From positions 55,490,001 through 55,554,000 of the forward strand of contig OZ024745.1 of the NCBI GenBank assembly GCA_964016885.1: 64,000 bases of DNA, given 5' to 3'. The position numbers were made by a program, and so were the translations under genes. Position 1 is the stretch's first letter. Each line of letters starts with the position of its first letter. Source of the DNA: Eledone cirrhosa. Taxonomy: Eukaryota. Below the pieces are notes generated by a model. The model was not told where the DNA came from and ran no database searches. It worked only from the letters and a program-made list of their open reading frames with translations. This document shows, piece after piece, positions 13,715 through 26,904 of this stretch.

Positions 13715-15689
13715 AGGAGATTGAGGAGAGATGAACGGTGGAGAGCAAAAGACAGAGAGGCAAATATAGAAACTGGGAGGGGCTGGAGTTATTCAGTAAT
13801 GAAATATATAATTCATAGTTACTTTAGTTTATTTGTCATGGCGAGAGCTGTCTCTAAAATTACATTTCACAAAATTATACAAAATCCTATTCCTAAAATA
13901 TATTTTATTTTGTTAACGTTTTGTAATTTGCCTGCAGCGTGCAATATGTTTCAGATTTGAATAATTTATATCAACTGATAAAAATATCTCCTCACCTGCT
14001 ACTTCAAACTTTATGAAAACAATGTGCCAAGATTTATAATAACTGCTGTGACGTAAATATCGATCAGATATCCAATTATTTCAGGTAAAAACTTCCATGC
14101 TATTTTATGTTAATAAGATCCTTATTCATTGCAGCTCTAAAAAAAAATAATTTTCGAGGAAATATAAAATAAGTATATATATTTTCTTCCAAAATCCCAT
14201 CTCCACACATTCTAAAATTACAATAACACCCACAACCATTAACATAAGAGAAAACATTCAACAAACTTTAAGAACAGCAAGAGCAATATAAACAATATCT
14301 ATCACGTTCTGGTTATCAATAGTGTCTGCAACTGTAAAAGAAGAACAACAACTGAACAACAATAATTCTGAATGAAAATGCAAAATTTAAAATCAGCAGC
14401 ATATTTCATAGCAACAAAAGGAGAAAGTCATTAAACCAGGTAGGAGATCAATGACTGTAAAGATAAACTTTTAATTATTTTTATCAATTGATGATAAAAC
14501 TCATTTAATAATAGCATCATTTTTATTAAAAAATATAATTATACGAACAAAAAATAATATTTAAAAGACATAAAGATTAAATTAATTTATAAAAAAGAAC
14601 ATCAATAATGACAACTATAAAAGATCAGAACCAGCAAGCATATAAATTGTACAATAGTAACTCGCTTTTATCAGCAGGAAAAATTGGAAAATTAATTATC
14701 CTTGTAGCGCAGCTACGAATCTGTTAGCGATTTTGCCGCATTTACTAGGATCGCTGTAGGAACGAAGACTCCATATTACAAGGGCAGTTTTATATCACAA
14801 CTGTAGTAAATCGTTATTTAGATTGATTACAAGGAATAATTAAAATTGTTATATCTAATTTTGTAATGAGAAATTAAAACAAAAATAAAAATATTTCTTT
14901 AAAACAACGGAAGAAATTATAATTAGAAAACCTGAAAGCACATAAAAATAATAAGAACAATAAATCGATAGTGATGATAACGATGATGACCGTGATGTCA
15001 AGAAGGGTGGTGTTTGCAATGTGGCGGTAGTGGTGCTGATAAGGTAAAAATATTTATCAGAGAAAGGCATTGTCCAACTTTTAAAATAACTCATGTACGA
15101 AACACATTCGCAGTGTTTGTAGAGAAATGAAAATATTCACTACAACGGTAACAAGAAGTTAAATAAAGCGGAAAGATGTGGAGGAAGGTTTGCATGAGAT
15201 AAACCAATTATGCTGCATCTAATGACCATATAATATTGAAACTACAACGATGTTTGGTGAAACATATAACTGATACAATATTCACTCAATTGTGGCACAT
15301 GCAGTACGACAAGGATCGAAGGTATACGTTCAAAATTTCTTTTCTATTCTGTTTTCTATTTAAGAGACATATAATCTTATTGAATAAAATATTTATTAAT
15401 TACTTACCGTTGATATTGGTTAACCCAAATACAAAACATATCTCTAGAAATGCGTGTAAAATAAGCTCATTCACTATTACGTTTTTTAAAATAGTGCGCC
15501 GTGGTCTATATATTTTGATGTTATACATCTTTCTATAACACCTAAATGCAATTGTTTTGGTGTATAGAGCAAGACTAATTACATAATACAAGCTCCCTTA
15601 TAGATCCTAATTACTTTGTTGTACAGAAATAAGGAAAGATGATTAATATACGACATGCATATATTTTTGTATATACAAAAACCGATTAA

Positions 15690-16620
15690 GTTAACTAGTT
15701 AATCGCTATGATAGAAGGGACTCTCGCAGTCAAGTACCAGAACGTATTGTATTTGAGATAATAATACCAGCAAAAAGATATACCGTATACGTCGTTTCTG
15801 TGTGAAGATATTATACATGGGAAACAAGGTGCATATTAATATCTCGTAAAGAAAGAAGCTACTGAAATTTTCTATTTGAGTTCCATGCCGTATAAACGAC
15901 GAGGCTTCGTTTACATGCATTTAGATTTATTGTGTATCGACATGTTACGCGTGTGTGGTAGAGGATTTGCTCAATGGCCCTTGTGGAATTTATGAACCCG
16001 ACTCTATTATCGAGCTGTTTTTCAGAATGGGGATTGAACAAAAAATAAAATGTCTGTTGTGATCTGTAAGCTGTATGTATAAACATCGGCCCTATTTCTT
16101 TTCATGGGTGTGTGCCTATGTAAATGTTTGAGTGCATAGTCATTGTTATTCGTGTGTGTATATATATTTTTCTGTGCATATGTGTATGTGTGTGTATGTT
16201 TATTCGCATAAGTAGTTGTGCCTTTTTATTCCATTTAGATCCATATATGGATGTTCAGGTATGAGAAAGGGCAATTAATCTTACTAGGAGTTTGCTTTCG
16301 AAGTCGGGTTCATTGTCCATAATTCTTATGCGGGCTGTCCAAGGTTTACAGGGTCGGGTTTTCTCGTCAATATGTAATTATGTTATAATGCCACCTGCCG
16401 TCGTGATAATACAATCGAGGGTGGATTATCGCCTTGATGCAGTTTTGGTAGGTCCGGTAATCCATCGAGTAAAGGTTGCCTCTTTTGTCAGCGGATACAA
16501 TAATTCTAGTGGATTCTCACAGTCGGAAAAGTGGGTAACTTTGGATTCGGATTTATAAATTCTATGGGATTCCTTAAGAAAATTTTCTGCGAATCTCTCG
16601 TAACTAAGTACATGTAAACT
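15690..16620 (-). mobile_element. Highly degenerate Penelope-like (Naiad-type) RT remnant
   Basis: Minus-strand translation gives IIVSADKRGNLYSMDY and RIRIMDNEPDFESKLLVRLIA, resembling the ADK and ITLKDHKPNF...CRLINP motifs upstream of Naiad-type RT. Many stops. Confidence 0.55.
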
Positions 16621-16646
16621 AAACTTATATCGTATTTCTTAATATT

Positions 16647-16780
<134 letters not shown>

Positions 16781-17255
16781 TGTGGTATGTGTGCGCGCAT
16801 GTGTGTGCGCGTGTGTATGTACGTGTGTGTGGCTGTGTGTGTTTATAGAAGAAGAAGAAGAAGAAGAAGAAGACTTGAGAAAAATGACGAATTCATAATT
16901 CTTTTGTAAAGTATAATATATTGGTGTTGGTAATATATATATATTGGTCTTGTGTAACCACATTTTAGCCACGTTTCGCAGAGTAGTTGCTCAAGATAAC
17001 ACATGGAATTTATTGTCTCGATACCAGTATCGATCTGATCATCAATGTGATGATTAAAAATAAAAAATAAAGTGTTGTTTGTTGAATGACCAGTCTGACG
17101 AGTATATCGATGTTAGAGTCGTATCCATAACTTCCATGTGTGACCTTGATCTTGAGCCACTCATCTACGAAACGGGATTAACAAGTGGATACACAATAAA
17201 ATATGAATACATGTGGACGAAACATTTTTCTTATTATATTCATACACAAACACAG

Positions 17256-17310
<55 letters not shown>

Positions 17311-17311
<1 letters not shown>

Positions 17312-19519
17312 CGGAGGAAATGTGGTAAGGAACCAGGTGGACCATAACGCACCACAGTACTCAATACGTAGGGTAGTAGAGTGGGTAATAGGAACGAGTA
17401 GGACCCCGACGGCTGAGCTCAAGCCGTTTCGACGGCTAATTCTGGACTAAATGAAAATGTTTATCTTGGTATTTGAATAGCCGAGCTTCTCAAGGGGTAA
17501 TTCCATATATGGTCAAAGTGGTTGTCACAAGGATTGGTCAAAAGTTTGTTGTTGAGACATAATAATTCTATGATGGCAATTTGTGGAGGGAAGGGGTAGC
17601 TAAACCTGCCAGTAGGAGAAAGAGGGAGAGGGGTGGAGGAGACCCATTCATGCGTTGATAGTGCCGACTACAGCTTGGCATGAGGTCAAAGAAGATACAA
17701 GGGAGCGGGAGGGGGAGGAAGTCGAAACAATAAGTAGAACAATAAGGGGTAAATATATAGAAAAATACTGAGAGTGTTAAAAAGCAATTAAATGTAAAAA
17801 AAAACAAAATAAAAACATTTCTGGTTACTACGTCCTAAGTCTCTCACTGGTACTGCTAGGCTAAACAAATGTACTAGGTGGGACGGAATTATAATGAGAC
17901 CCTTTTAAGAGGTATAAGTAATAAACCGAGTTATCTTACGGTGACGGGTCAACAAGTGAGGGGCCAAAATACTAAAGAAACTACCACGAAATAATAAATA
18001 AAGGTTTCTACCCCAGGCACAATGCCAGCAACCACCCAGTGCAAAAAAGTAAACTAATACAAAATAATAATTCAGAGTCCCGAAAAAGAATACTAATACT
18101 ATCTCTAAGGGTGCCGCCACGATACAAAAGTTCTAGTGCAAGCTACATAAAAGCTCGTACGAAGTAAATGTAAAATTAGATACAGAAGATTAATTCAGAA
18201 TCCCCCCCCCCCAAAAAAAAATACTGATAAACGAGAAATTAAAGCAAATATACCACTAAGAAATATAGAAAGCACGGAAAAGGGGCAGCGGTCGGATAAG
18301 AGGGTAAGTATCCGGGGTCTAACGCATCTGCTATGAAAAGCGGAGTCGGCCAAATCTATCATATAAAGGGGAAGGGGGTGGGGGTACTGAGGCTACAAAG
18401 GACCGAGGGGCTGCCTCGGGTGGTCGGGAACAAGACGATGACAAAGAAAGAGAACTGGGGTGGAAGGACTAGGGAGGGATGGCGGGAAAAAGGAAATATA
18501 GAGGAAGCGATAAAAAGATATAAAAGAAGATCTTACGTCTACTTTAGCAAGCAGGGGTTACCCATTACAAAATCGACAAGTGGGGTGTTATAGCCCTATT
18601 CTACCCCTCCACCCCCGGGTCATTATGGGGTTTGAGGGCGAGGTAAGTCCTACGCAATCTGTGTTTACATGCAGTAACCAGTTCATCTTTCTTGTTTAGG
18701 AGTTGGTCCGTCGAAAACAACATTTGTAAAGTTTCCTCCGAGCATAAATTGCACGGACGGCGTCCTCCCGTGTAAGAGTTGGCTCTGGACATTAATCTCC
18801 AAGTGAGATCATAGGTAATGTTGTTATCCTTGAGGTCCCATATGTGGCCCGAATGTGTAGTGGCGTGTCGCCGGGTCGGGTTTCGGAAGGTACGTCTGTG
18901 TTGGTATAGCCGGGTCTTGAAGTCAGATGCGGTTAATCCTATATAAGCTTTGTTGGAGGTGTCCGTCCTCACGTTGCACTGGTAGATCACATTACGATCT
19001 CTGCATCTGTTGTCGAGGGGGCAAATGGATCCATCAGGACAGTTGCACCTCCTGGTCGGCTCTCCACTGCTATTTAGGTTATTTCTTCCATAGGGGTTGA
19101 GTTTTTTGTTGTTAGAGGAGACGATGTTTTGTGCAAAGTTTGGTGTAGTGCTGTAAGAGAGTTTGATGGTATTTTTGTTAATTATGTTGTGGTAGCGATG
19201 TTGTAGTGGGAAGTGTTTTTCAATGAGCCTAAAGAAGATTTTCCCGATACCTCGGCGTTGTGGGGGAGGATTGAACCATGTTACATTGCGTGAGCGGCGG
19301 TGTCGCCTGCTAGTTCCGCTAATGGGGGCTGGACAGTAGGATATTTCCTCCCGGAAAACACTGCGCTTGAGGGCCTGGATGTAATAAGGTCCCTGTTCAT
19401 CGAATATCTGCTCATTAGCTGACAAACGGGATATGCGGAGGGAGATGTTTTTAACCAGGTTATTGGTGATGTTCCTAGGATGGTTTGATCGGCGGTGGAT
19501 GTAGTGCAGGTTGTCGTTA
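17311..19519 (-). mobile_element. Penelope-like element (Naiad-type), left arm of a 4.4-kb inverted pair
   Basis: Reverse complement of 19563-21697 plus a longer 3' tail. ORF 18601-19519 encodes RT thumb and GIY-YIG, with a small deletion near WFNPP. Confidence 0.92.
17403..17498 (-). ncRNA. Type I hammerhead ribozyme, family A (U3-A8 core UUGAGAA)
   Basis: Stem I ACCCC/GGGGT, core TTGAGAA, stem II G..CGGCTA/TAGCCG..C with long loop, GAAA, stem III ACGGCT/AGCCGT, GTC cleavage triplet. Confidence 0.75.
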
Positions 19520-20526
19520 CCCTCGACCTCGATGATGATCTGTACTACCCATACAGGAAACCTAACGACAACCTGCACTACATCCACCGCCGGTCAAACC
19601 ATCCTAGGAACATCACCAATAACCTGGTTAAAAACATCTCCCTCCGCATATCCCGTTTGTCAGCTAATGAGCAGATATTCGATGAACATGCGCCTTATTA
19701 CAACCAGGCCCTCAAGCGGAGTGTTTTCCGGGAGGAAATATCCTACTGTCCAGCCCTCATTAGCGGAACCAGCAGGCGACACCACCGCTCACGCAATGTA
19801 ACATGGTTCAATCCTCCCCACAACGCCGAGGTGACAACTCCTATCGGGAAAATCTTCTTTAGGCTCATTGAAAAACACTTCCCACTACAACACCGCTACC
19901 ACAACATAATTAACAAAAATACCATCAAACTCTCTTACAGCACTACACCAAACTTTGCACAAAACATCGTCTCCTCTAACAACAAAAAACTCAACCCCTA
20001 TGGAAGAAATAACCTAAATAGCAGTGGAGAGCCGACCAGGAGGTGCAACTGTCCTGATGGATCCATTTGCCTCCTCGACAACAGATGCAGAGATCGTAAT
20101 GTGATCTACCAGTGCAACGTGATGACGGACACCTCCAACAAAGCTTATATAGGATTAACCGCATCTGACTTCAAGACCCGGCTATACCAACACAGACGTA
20201 CCTTCCGAAACCCGGCCCGGCGACACGCCACTACACATTCGGGCCACATATGGGACCTCAAGGATAACAACATTACCTATGATCTCACTTGGAGATTACT
20301 GTCCAGAGCCAACTCTTACACGGGAGGACGCCGTCCGTGCAATTTATGCTCGGAGGAAACTTTACAAATGCTGTTTTCGACGTACCAACTCCTAAACAAG
20401 AAAGATGAACTGGTTACTGCATGTAAACACAGATTGCGTAGGACTTACCTCGCCCTCAAACCCCATAATGACCCGGGGGTGGAGGGGTCGACTAGGGCTA
20501 TAACACCCCACTTGCCGATTTTGTAA
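19495..20526 (+). CDS. Penelope-like RT thumb plus GIY-YIG endonuclease (open frame, no ATG start)
   Basis: VTLDL...YYPYRKPND, SNHP, WFNPP, KLSYS, CNC-CxLD-C, VIYQC...AYIGLT..FKTR..QH, CNLC..E, LLNKKDEL..CKH. Confidence 0.85.
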   Translation: MDVVQVVVTLDLDDDLYYPYRKPNDNLHYIHRRSNHPRNITNNLVKNISLRISRLSANEQIFDEHAPYYNQALKRSVFREEISYCPALISGTSRRHHRSRNVTWFNPPHNAEVTTPIGKIFFRLIEKHFPLQHRYHNIINKNTIKLSYSTTPNFAQNIVSSNNKKLNPYGRNNLNSSGEPTRRCNCPDGSICLLDNRCRDRNVIYQCNVMTDTSNKAYIGLTASDFKTRLYQHRRTFRNPARRHATTHSGHIWDLKDNNITYDLTWRLLSRANSYTGGRRPCNLCSEETLQMLFSTYQLLNKKDELVTACKHRLRRTYLALKPHNDPGVEGSTRAITPHLPIL

Positions 20527-21694
20527 TTGGTAACCCCTGCTTGCTAAAGTAGACGTAAGATCTTCTTTTATATCTTTTTATCGCTTCCTCTATATTTCCT
20601 TCTCCCCCCATCCCTCCCTAGTCCTTCCACACCAGTTCTCTTTCTTTGTCGTCGTCTTTTTCTCGCCCACCCGAGGCAGCCCCTCGGTCCTTTGTAGCCT
20701 GAGTACCCCCACCCCCTTCCCCTATTCTATGATAGATTTGGTCGACTCCGCTTCTTATAGCAGATGCGTTAGACCCCGGATACTTACCCTCTTATCCGAC
20801 CGCTGCCCCTTTTCCGTGCTTTCTATATTTCTTAGTGGTATATTTGCTTTAATTTCTCTTTTATCAGTATTTTTTTTTGGGGGGGGGATTCTTAATTAAT
20901 CTCCCGTATGTAATTTTACATTTACTTCGTACGAGCTTTTATGTAGCTTGCACTAGAACTTTTGTATCGTGGCGGCACCCTTAGAGATAGTATTAGTATT
21001 CTTTTTCGGGACTCTGAATTATTATTTCGTATTAGTTTACTTTTTTGCACTGGGTGGTTGCTGGTATTGTGCCTGGGGTAGAAACCTTTATTTATTATTT
21101 CGTGGTAGTTTCTTTAGTATTTTGGCCCCTCACTTGTTGACCCGTCACCGTAAGATAACTCGGTTTATTACTTATACCTCTTAAAAGGGTCTCATTATAA
21201 TTCCGTCCCATCTAGTATATTTTTTTAGCCTAGCAGTACCAGTGCGAGACTTAGGACGTAGTAACCAGAAATTGTTTATTTTTTTTTTTTTACATTTAAT
21301 TGCTTTTTAACACTCTAAGTATTTTTCTGTATATTTACCCCTTATTGTTCTACTTATTGTTTCGACTTCCTCCCCTTGCCGCTCCCTGGTATCTTCTTTG
21401 ACCTCATGCCCAGCTGTAGTCGGCACTATCAACGCATGAATGGGTCTCCTCCACCCCTCTCCCTCTTTCTCCTACTGGCAGGTTTAGCTACCCCTTCCCT
21501 CCACAAATTGCCATCATAGAATTATTAAGTCTCAACAACAAACTTTTGACCAATCCTTGTGACAACCACTTTGACGATATATGGAACTACACCTTGAGAA
21601 GCTCGACTATTCAAATACCAAGATAAATATTTTCATTTAGTCCAGAATTAGCCGTCGAAACGGCTTGAGCTCAGCCGTCGGGGTCCTACTCGTT

Positions 21695-21697
<3 letters not shown>
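19515..21697 (+). mobile_element. Penelope-like element (Naiad-type), right arm, 5'-truncated, with ~1.1-kb 3' region ending in a hammerhead motif
   Basis: ORF and 3' region as described in adjacent entries. Ends ttcct(at)n. Confidence 0.92.
21589..21684 (+). ncRNA. Type I hammerhead ribozyme, family A (single mismatches in stems I and II)
   Basis: ACACC-TTGAGAA(21594-21600)...GAAA(21657-21660)-CGGCT-tgagctc-AGCC-GTC(21677-21679)-GGGGT. Confidence 0.7.
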
Positions 21698-21727
<30 letters not shown>

Positions 21728-21729
<2 letters not shown>

Positions 21730-21879
21730 CAAAGGAATTGTGGTAAGGAACCAGATGGACCATAACGCACCAGAGTACTCAATACTTAGCGTAGTAGAGT
21801 GGGAAATAGGAAAAAGTATTAGTCCAGAAATAGCAGTCGAAACGGCTTGATCTCTGCCGTTGGCGTCAAACCTTTTCCT
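21728..21879. mobile_element. Short inverted pair of family A 3' ends in (TA)n
   Basis: Minus copy 21728-21819 (long tail) joined to plus copy 21819-21879 (3' half of ribozyme, short tail). Confidence 0.8.
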
Positions 21880-21905
21880 ATATATATATATATATATATA
21901 TATGT

Positions 21906-22359
21906 AAAAAAGAACATTTCGCTCTACATGGCTGAATACAATCAATGTAATCTGATTTTTTCGAATATTAATAATAACATTCGATTCATTTGAAATTATG
22001 CAAACTAGCCTCAAATTTATAGCCATGTCAGTAGAATGAATACTTCATTCATGGTCTTGTGTTGGCATGCGAACAGTACTGCAGACACTAATGTTTCTGG
22101 GTATCACCCTTCATCAGTACACCTCCATGTTCATCTGCCAAACTGTCAGAGCTATTGAAAATATATGCTATTTTCAAAATTACACAGTGACTGATTAGCC
22201 CGATTTGCATGTTCGCAGACTGGCTGATCAGTCAGATCTGCATATTATGCAACAATGAAGTGTTCATTCTACTGACATGGCTATAAAATTGAGGCTTGTT
22301 TGCATAATTGCAAACGAATCGAATGTTATTATTAATATTCCAAAAACTCAGATTACATT

Positions 22360-22360
<1 letters not shown>
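21906..22360. mobile_element. Non-coding family D element with inverted arms (~21943-22049 / 22254-22360) in (TA)n
   Basis: Arms are reverse complements with several mismatches. The interior carries a hammerhead. Confidence 0.75.
22080..22121 (-). ncRNA. Type I hammerhead ribozyme, family D
   Basis: TGTA-CTGATGA-AGGGTGATACCCA-GAAA-CATTAGT-GTC-TGCA: canonical core, stem II GGGT/ACCC, stem III ACAT/GTGT, stem I TGTA/TGCA. Confidence 0.7.
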
Positions 22361-22396
<36 letters not shown>

Positions 22397-22448
22397 ATGT
22401 GTGTGTGTGTGTGTGTATATATATATACACACACACACACGCACACAC

Positions 22449-22498
<50 letters not shown>

Positions 22499-22501
<3 letters not shown>

Positions 22502-23189
22502 AACAAGTAAGACCCCGACGGCTGAGCTCAAGCCGTTTCGACGGCTAATTCTGGACTGAATGAAAATTTATTCAGGTATTTAAATAGCCGAGCTTATCAA
22601 GGGGTAATTCCATATATGGTCAAAGAGATAATCACCAGGATTGGTCACATCACAAGTTAGTGGTAAATCTGTGATGGCAAATTGGTGGGGGAAGGGGTAG
22701 CTGAACCTGCCGGTAGGAGAAAAGGGAGACTGGGTGGAGTAGACCCATTCATGCGTTGGTGGTGGTAAGTAAAACCTTTTTACTTACCGTTTCGAATTCC
22801 TCCCCCCCCCCTCCCCAGTATCTTCTTTGACCTCACACCCAGCTCTAGCCGGCACTACCAACGCATGAATGGGTCTACTCCACCCCCCCTCTCCCTTTTT
22901 CTCCTACCAGCAGGTTCAGCTACCCCTTCCCCAACCAATTTGCCATCACAGATTTACTACTAACTTGTGATGTGTCCAATCCTGGTGATTATCTCTTTGA
23001 CCATATATGGAATTACCCCTTGATAAGCTCGGCTATTTAAATACCTGAATAAATGTTCATTCAGTCCAGAATAAGCTTGAGCTCAGCCGTCGGGGTCTTA
23101 CTTGTTCCTATTACCCACTCTACTACCCTAAGTATTGAGTACTTTGGTGCGTTATGGTCCACCTGGTTCCTTACCACATTTCCTTCGTT
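22499..23189. mobile_element. Inverted pair of Penelope 3'-region (pLTR-like) copies, family A, no ORF
   Basis: 22499-22762 is the reverse complement of ~22856-23108 and is homologous to 21360-21697. Flanked by (TA)n. The right copy lost the GAAA hairpin (core TTGATAA at 23020-23026). Confidence 0.88.
22512..22605 (-). ncRNA. Type I hammerhead ribozyme, family A (core UUGAUAA)
   Basis: ACCCC-TTGATAA-GCTCGGCTATT...CTGAAT/ATTCAG...AATTAGCCGTC-GAAA-CGGCT..AGCC-GTC-GGGGT. Confidence 0.78.
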
Positions 23190-23206
23190 ATATATATATA
23201 TATATA

Positions 23207-23294
<88 letters not shown>

Positions 23295-23298
23295 ATAT

Positions 23299-23415
23299 AG
23301 TTGTAATAAAATGAAAACGAAATTTCATTTCTCACTCTTAGTACGGCACTTACTTAAATGTAAGTATGTATGTATACGTACATACATATATGTATACAGA
23401 CGTACAGTAGCATGC

Positions 23416-23487
<72 letters not shown>

Positions 23488-23915
23488 GTACACATACATA
23501 TATGTACGTATCAGTTTAGCGGACGCTTATTATAGCGCCCGCTTTGTTCGTTTGTAAACAAACTGAACAGCCTGAATTTATTCCGCACGGTGTTAAGGCA
23601 ACCACGTCACCTTTTTGTTCAACACTGACACAGGAACGATGTACTAGATTCAATCTTGTTAGCTATCATCAGCACCGTATACCCTTCTGCCAGATGGTTG
23701 AATGTTCGAAAGTATATACTTTCCTTATGAAAATTAACGGCTGAGCAGCCTAATTTGCATATCGAGTGAGTTAAATCGGTCAGGTGCACCGAAAACGATG
23801 AGTTGTAATAAAATGAAAACGAAATTTCATTTCTCACTGTTAGTACGGCACTTACTTAAATGTAAGTATGTATGTATACGTATATACATATACGTATACA
23901 GACGTACAGTAGCAT

Positions 23916-23989
<74 letters not shown>

Positions 23990-24678
23990 GTACACATACA
24001 TATATGTACGTATCAGTTTAGCGGACGCTTATTATAGCGCCCGCTTTGTTCGTTTGTAAACAAACTGAAGAGCCTGAATTTATGCCGCACGGTGTTAAGG
24101 CAACCACGTCACCTTTTTGTTCAACACTGACACAGGAACGATGTACTAGTTTCAAGCTTGTTAGCTATCATCAGCACCGTATACCCATCTGCCAGATAGT
24201 TGAACGTTCGAAAGTATATACTTTCCTTATGAAAATTAATGGCTGAGCAGCCTAATTTGCATATCGAGTGAGTTAAATCGGTCAGGCGCACCGAAAACGA
24301 TGAGTTGTAATAAAATGAAAACGAAATTTCATTTCTCACTCTTAGTACGGCACTTACTTAAATGTAAGTATGTATATATACGTACATACATATATGTATA
24401 CAGACGTACAGTAGCATGCACATATATATATATATGTGCATGCTACTGTACGTCTGTATATATATATCTGGTAGATGGGTATACGGTGCTGATGATAGCT
24501 AACAAGCTTGAAAAACTAGTACATCGTTCCTGTGTCAGTGTTGAACAAAAAGGTGACGTGGTTGCCTTAACACCGTGCGGCATAAATTCAGGCTGTTCAG
24601 TTTGTTTACAAACGAACAAAGCGGGCGCTATAATAAGCGTCCGCTAAACTGATACGTACATATATGTATGTGTACCTG

Positions 24679-24736
<58 letters not shown>

Positions 24737-24794
24737 CATGCTACTGTACGTCTGTATACATATATGTATGTACGTATACATACATACTTACATT

Positions 24795-24796
<2 letters not shown>
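23299..24796. repeat. Family B array 1: two tandem ~502-bp monomers plus a partial, then an inverted copy (retrozyme-like)
   Basis: Equivalent positions 23636 and 24138 are 502 bp apart. Inversion from ~24430/24467. Each monomer has an internal (TA)n and a hammerhead. Confidence 0.9.
24138..24180 (-). ncRNA. Minimal type I hammerhead ribozyme, family B
   Basis: ACGGTG-CTGATGA-TAGCTAACAAGCTT-GAAA-CTAG-TA-CATCGT: stem I 6 bp (one G-U), stem II AGCT/AGCT, palindromic stem III ACTAGT, GTA triplet. Mutated sister copies at 23636-23678 (-) and 24483-24527 (+). Confidence 0.78.
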
Positions 24797-24831
<35 letters not shown>

Positions 24832-25961
24832 ATGATATTTCCCATGAACGATTTTTCTTGAAGGCGTATATAGCTGCCCCCGTTTTTGAACTCCCGTAGC
24901 TTACATTTAAGAATAAATGTTTGGCATGCGATATTTATTCATTTCTGATAATAAGTTCTAAGGTCTCCACAATACACTCTTATCAGAACACATCAAGAAC
25001 CATTAGAGATGTCCTGATCGTATATTAGACAATAGATATGAATTTCAAGAAACACACACTTTATACGAATCTTTAAACAGCAAACAAATGATTTGAATAT
25101 ATATCTAACGTCAAAAGAGTGAAAACATATAAACTATTTTACATGAAAAACAAATATGTTCAACCATATGCTTATCAACGTCATACCTGTGTGCGGTTTT
25201 ATATACCTGGTTAAACATCAGGGAATCCATATGCACGTTATCTACATACTTATTCAGCTACCTGAGCAAGTAATGTTTTGCACGCCCTCCATCAAAATGG
25301 ATTGGATTGTGAAAGATATGAAAATAAAATCGAGAAAGATGTCTCATTAAATATGTATATTCTATCTTCACTTACGCCTGCATCTACAGAATTTGTTGAA
25401 ACACGACCTGTAGCTTACTTTTATCTCTCAATCTTTGTCATGAATATGCAACTACATGTCAAGTATAGGCTGAATATAAATGAAAATGTCTTGGAAAAAA
25501 AATTTATATGAATGAAATATATTTTTAAATATATTTAATATATTAGATCGTATCTTTCTGAATATCATTTAAAATAGCGTTTATCTTGTGTTTTTACTGC
25601 CTTTCTGTACACAATAGCATACTATAGGATATAAAAGTGTGAGCAGTTATTCAGTGTAGATCAGAAAGAATAGCATGTCGACTAAATACAGTTGAAAAAA
25701 TAGACAAAAAGTAAAGATGATTTAAAAAAGAGGAAATACGAGTGTTATAACCTAGAGTGCAAACATGAGAAAGAAGAAAAAGGCAGTAACGTAGAATATA
25801 TGCGCACTAAAATGTGCAAAACTACTTTCATACTGACATGTACACACGTTGAAACAGTCATACCCATCGAATAATAAAGTGTTGCACATATGAATTTATA
25901 GAATTACACATCTGTATATATCATTACATAAATGCAAATACACACACATACACACACACAC

Positions 25962-26171
<210 letters not shown>

Positions 26172-26454
26172 ATATATATATATATATATATGGAAAACAT
26201 GAAACGAAATTTCATTTCTCACTCTTAGTACGGCTGTTACTTAAATATAAGTATGTATACGTGCATACATATATGTATACAGACCTACAGTAGTATGTAT
26301 GTATATATACATACATGCACACATATATATATGTACGTATGGATTCACCGAATATTTATTATAATGCTCGGTTTGTTTGTAAACAAACATCCCGAATTAA
26401 GCCGTACAGTGTTTAGCAACCATCATTGTCCTTTTGTTCAACACTGACAAAGGA

Positions 26455-26497
26455 ACGATGTACTAGTTTCAAGCTTATTAGCTATCGTCAGCACCGT
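26455..26497 (-). ncRNA. Minimal type I hammerhead ribozyme, family B (core CUGACGA)
   Basis: ACGGTG-CTGACGA-TAGCTAATAAGCTT-GAAA-CTAGTA-CATCGT. Confidence 0.78.
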
Positions 26498-26751
26498 ATA
26501 CCTTCCTGCCAGATGATTGAACGTCTGAAAGTATATACTTTCCTTATGCATATTAACGGCTGAGCAACTTAATTTGCATATCGAGTGAGTTAATCGGCCG
26601 GGCGCACCGAAAACGATAAATGGAAAAAATTAAACGAAATTTCATGTTTCACTCATAGTATGGATGTTACTTAAATATAAGTATGTATACGTACATATAT
26701 ATATGAATACAGACGTACAGTAGTATGTATATATATATATATACATACATG

Positions 26752-26794
<43 letters not shown>

Positions 26795-26904
26795 GTATGG
26801 ATTTACCGAACATTTATTATAATGCTCGATTTGTTTGTAAACAAACATCCCGAATTAAGCCGTACTGTGTTGCGCTTTTGTTCAACACTGACAAAGACAA
26901 AGGA

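Noticed and set aside
19495-20526. Selenoprotein-type (in-frame TGA) Naiad ORF
   Set aside because: No in-frame TGA is present in the retained open frames, so there is no support here.
24065-24075. CTGAAGAG on the plus strand of family B as a second hammerhead core
   Set aside because: Other copies read CTGAACAG, and no GAAA or stems follow.
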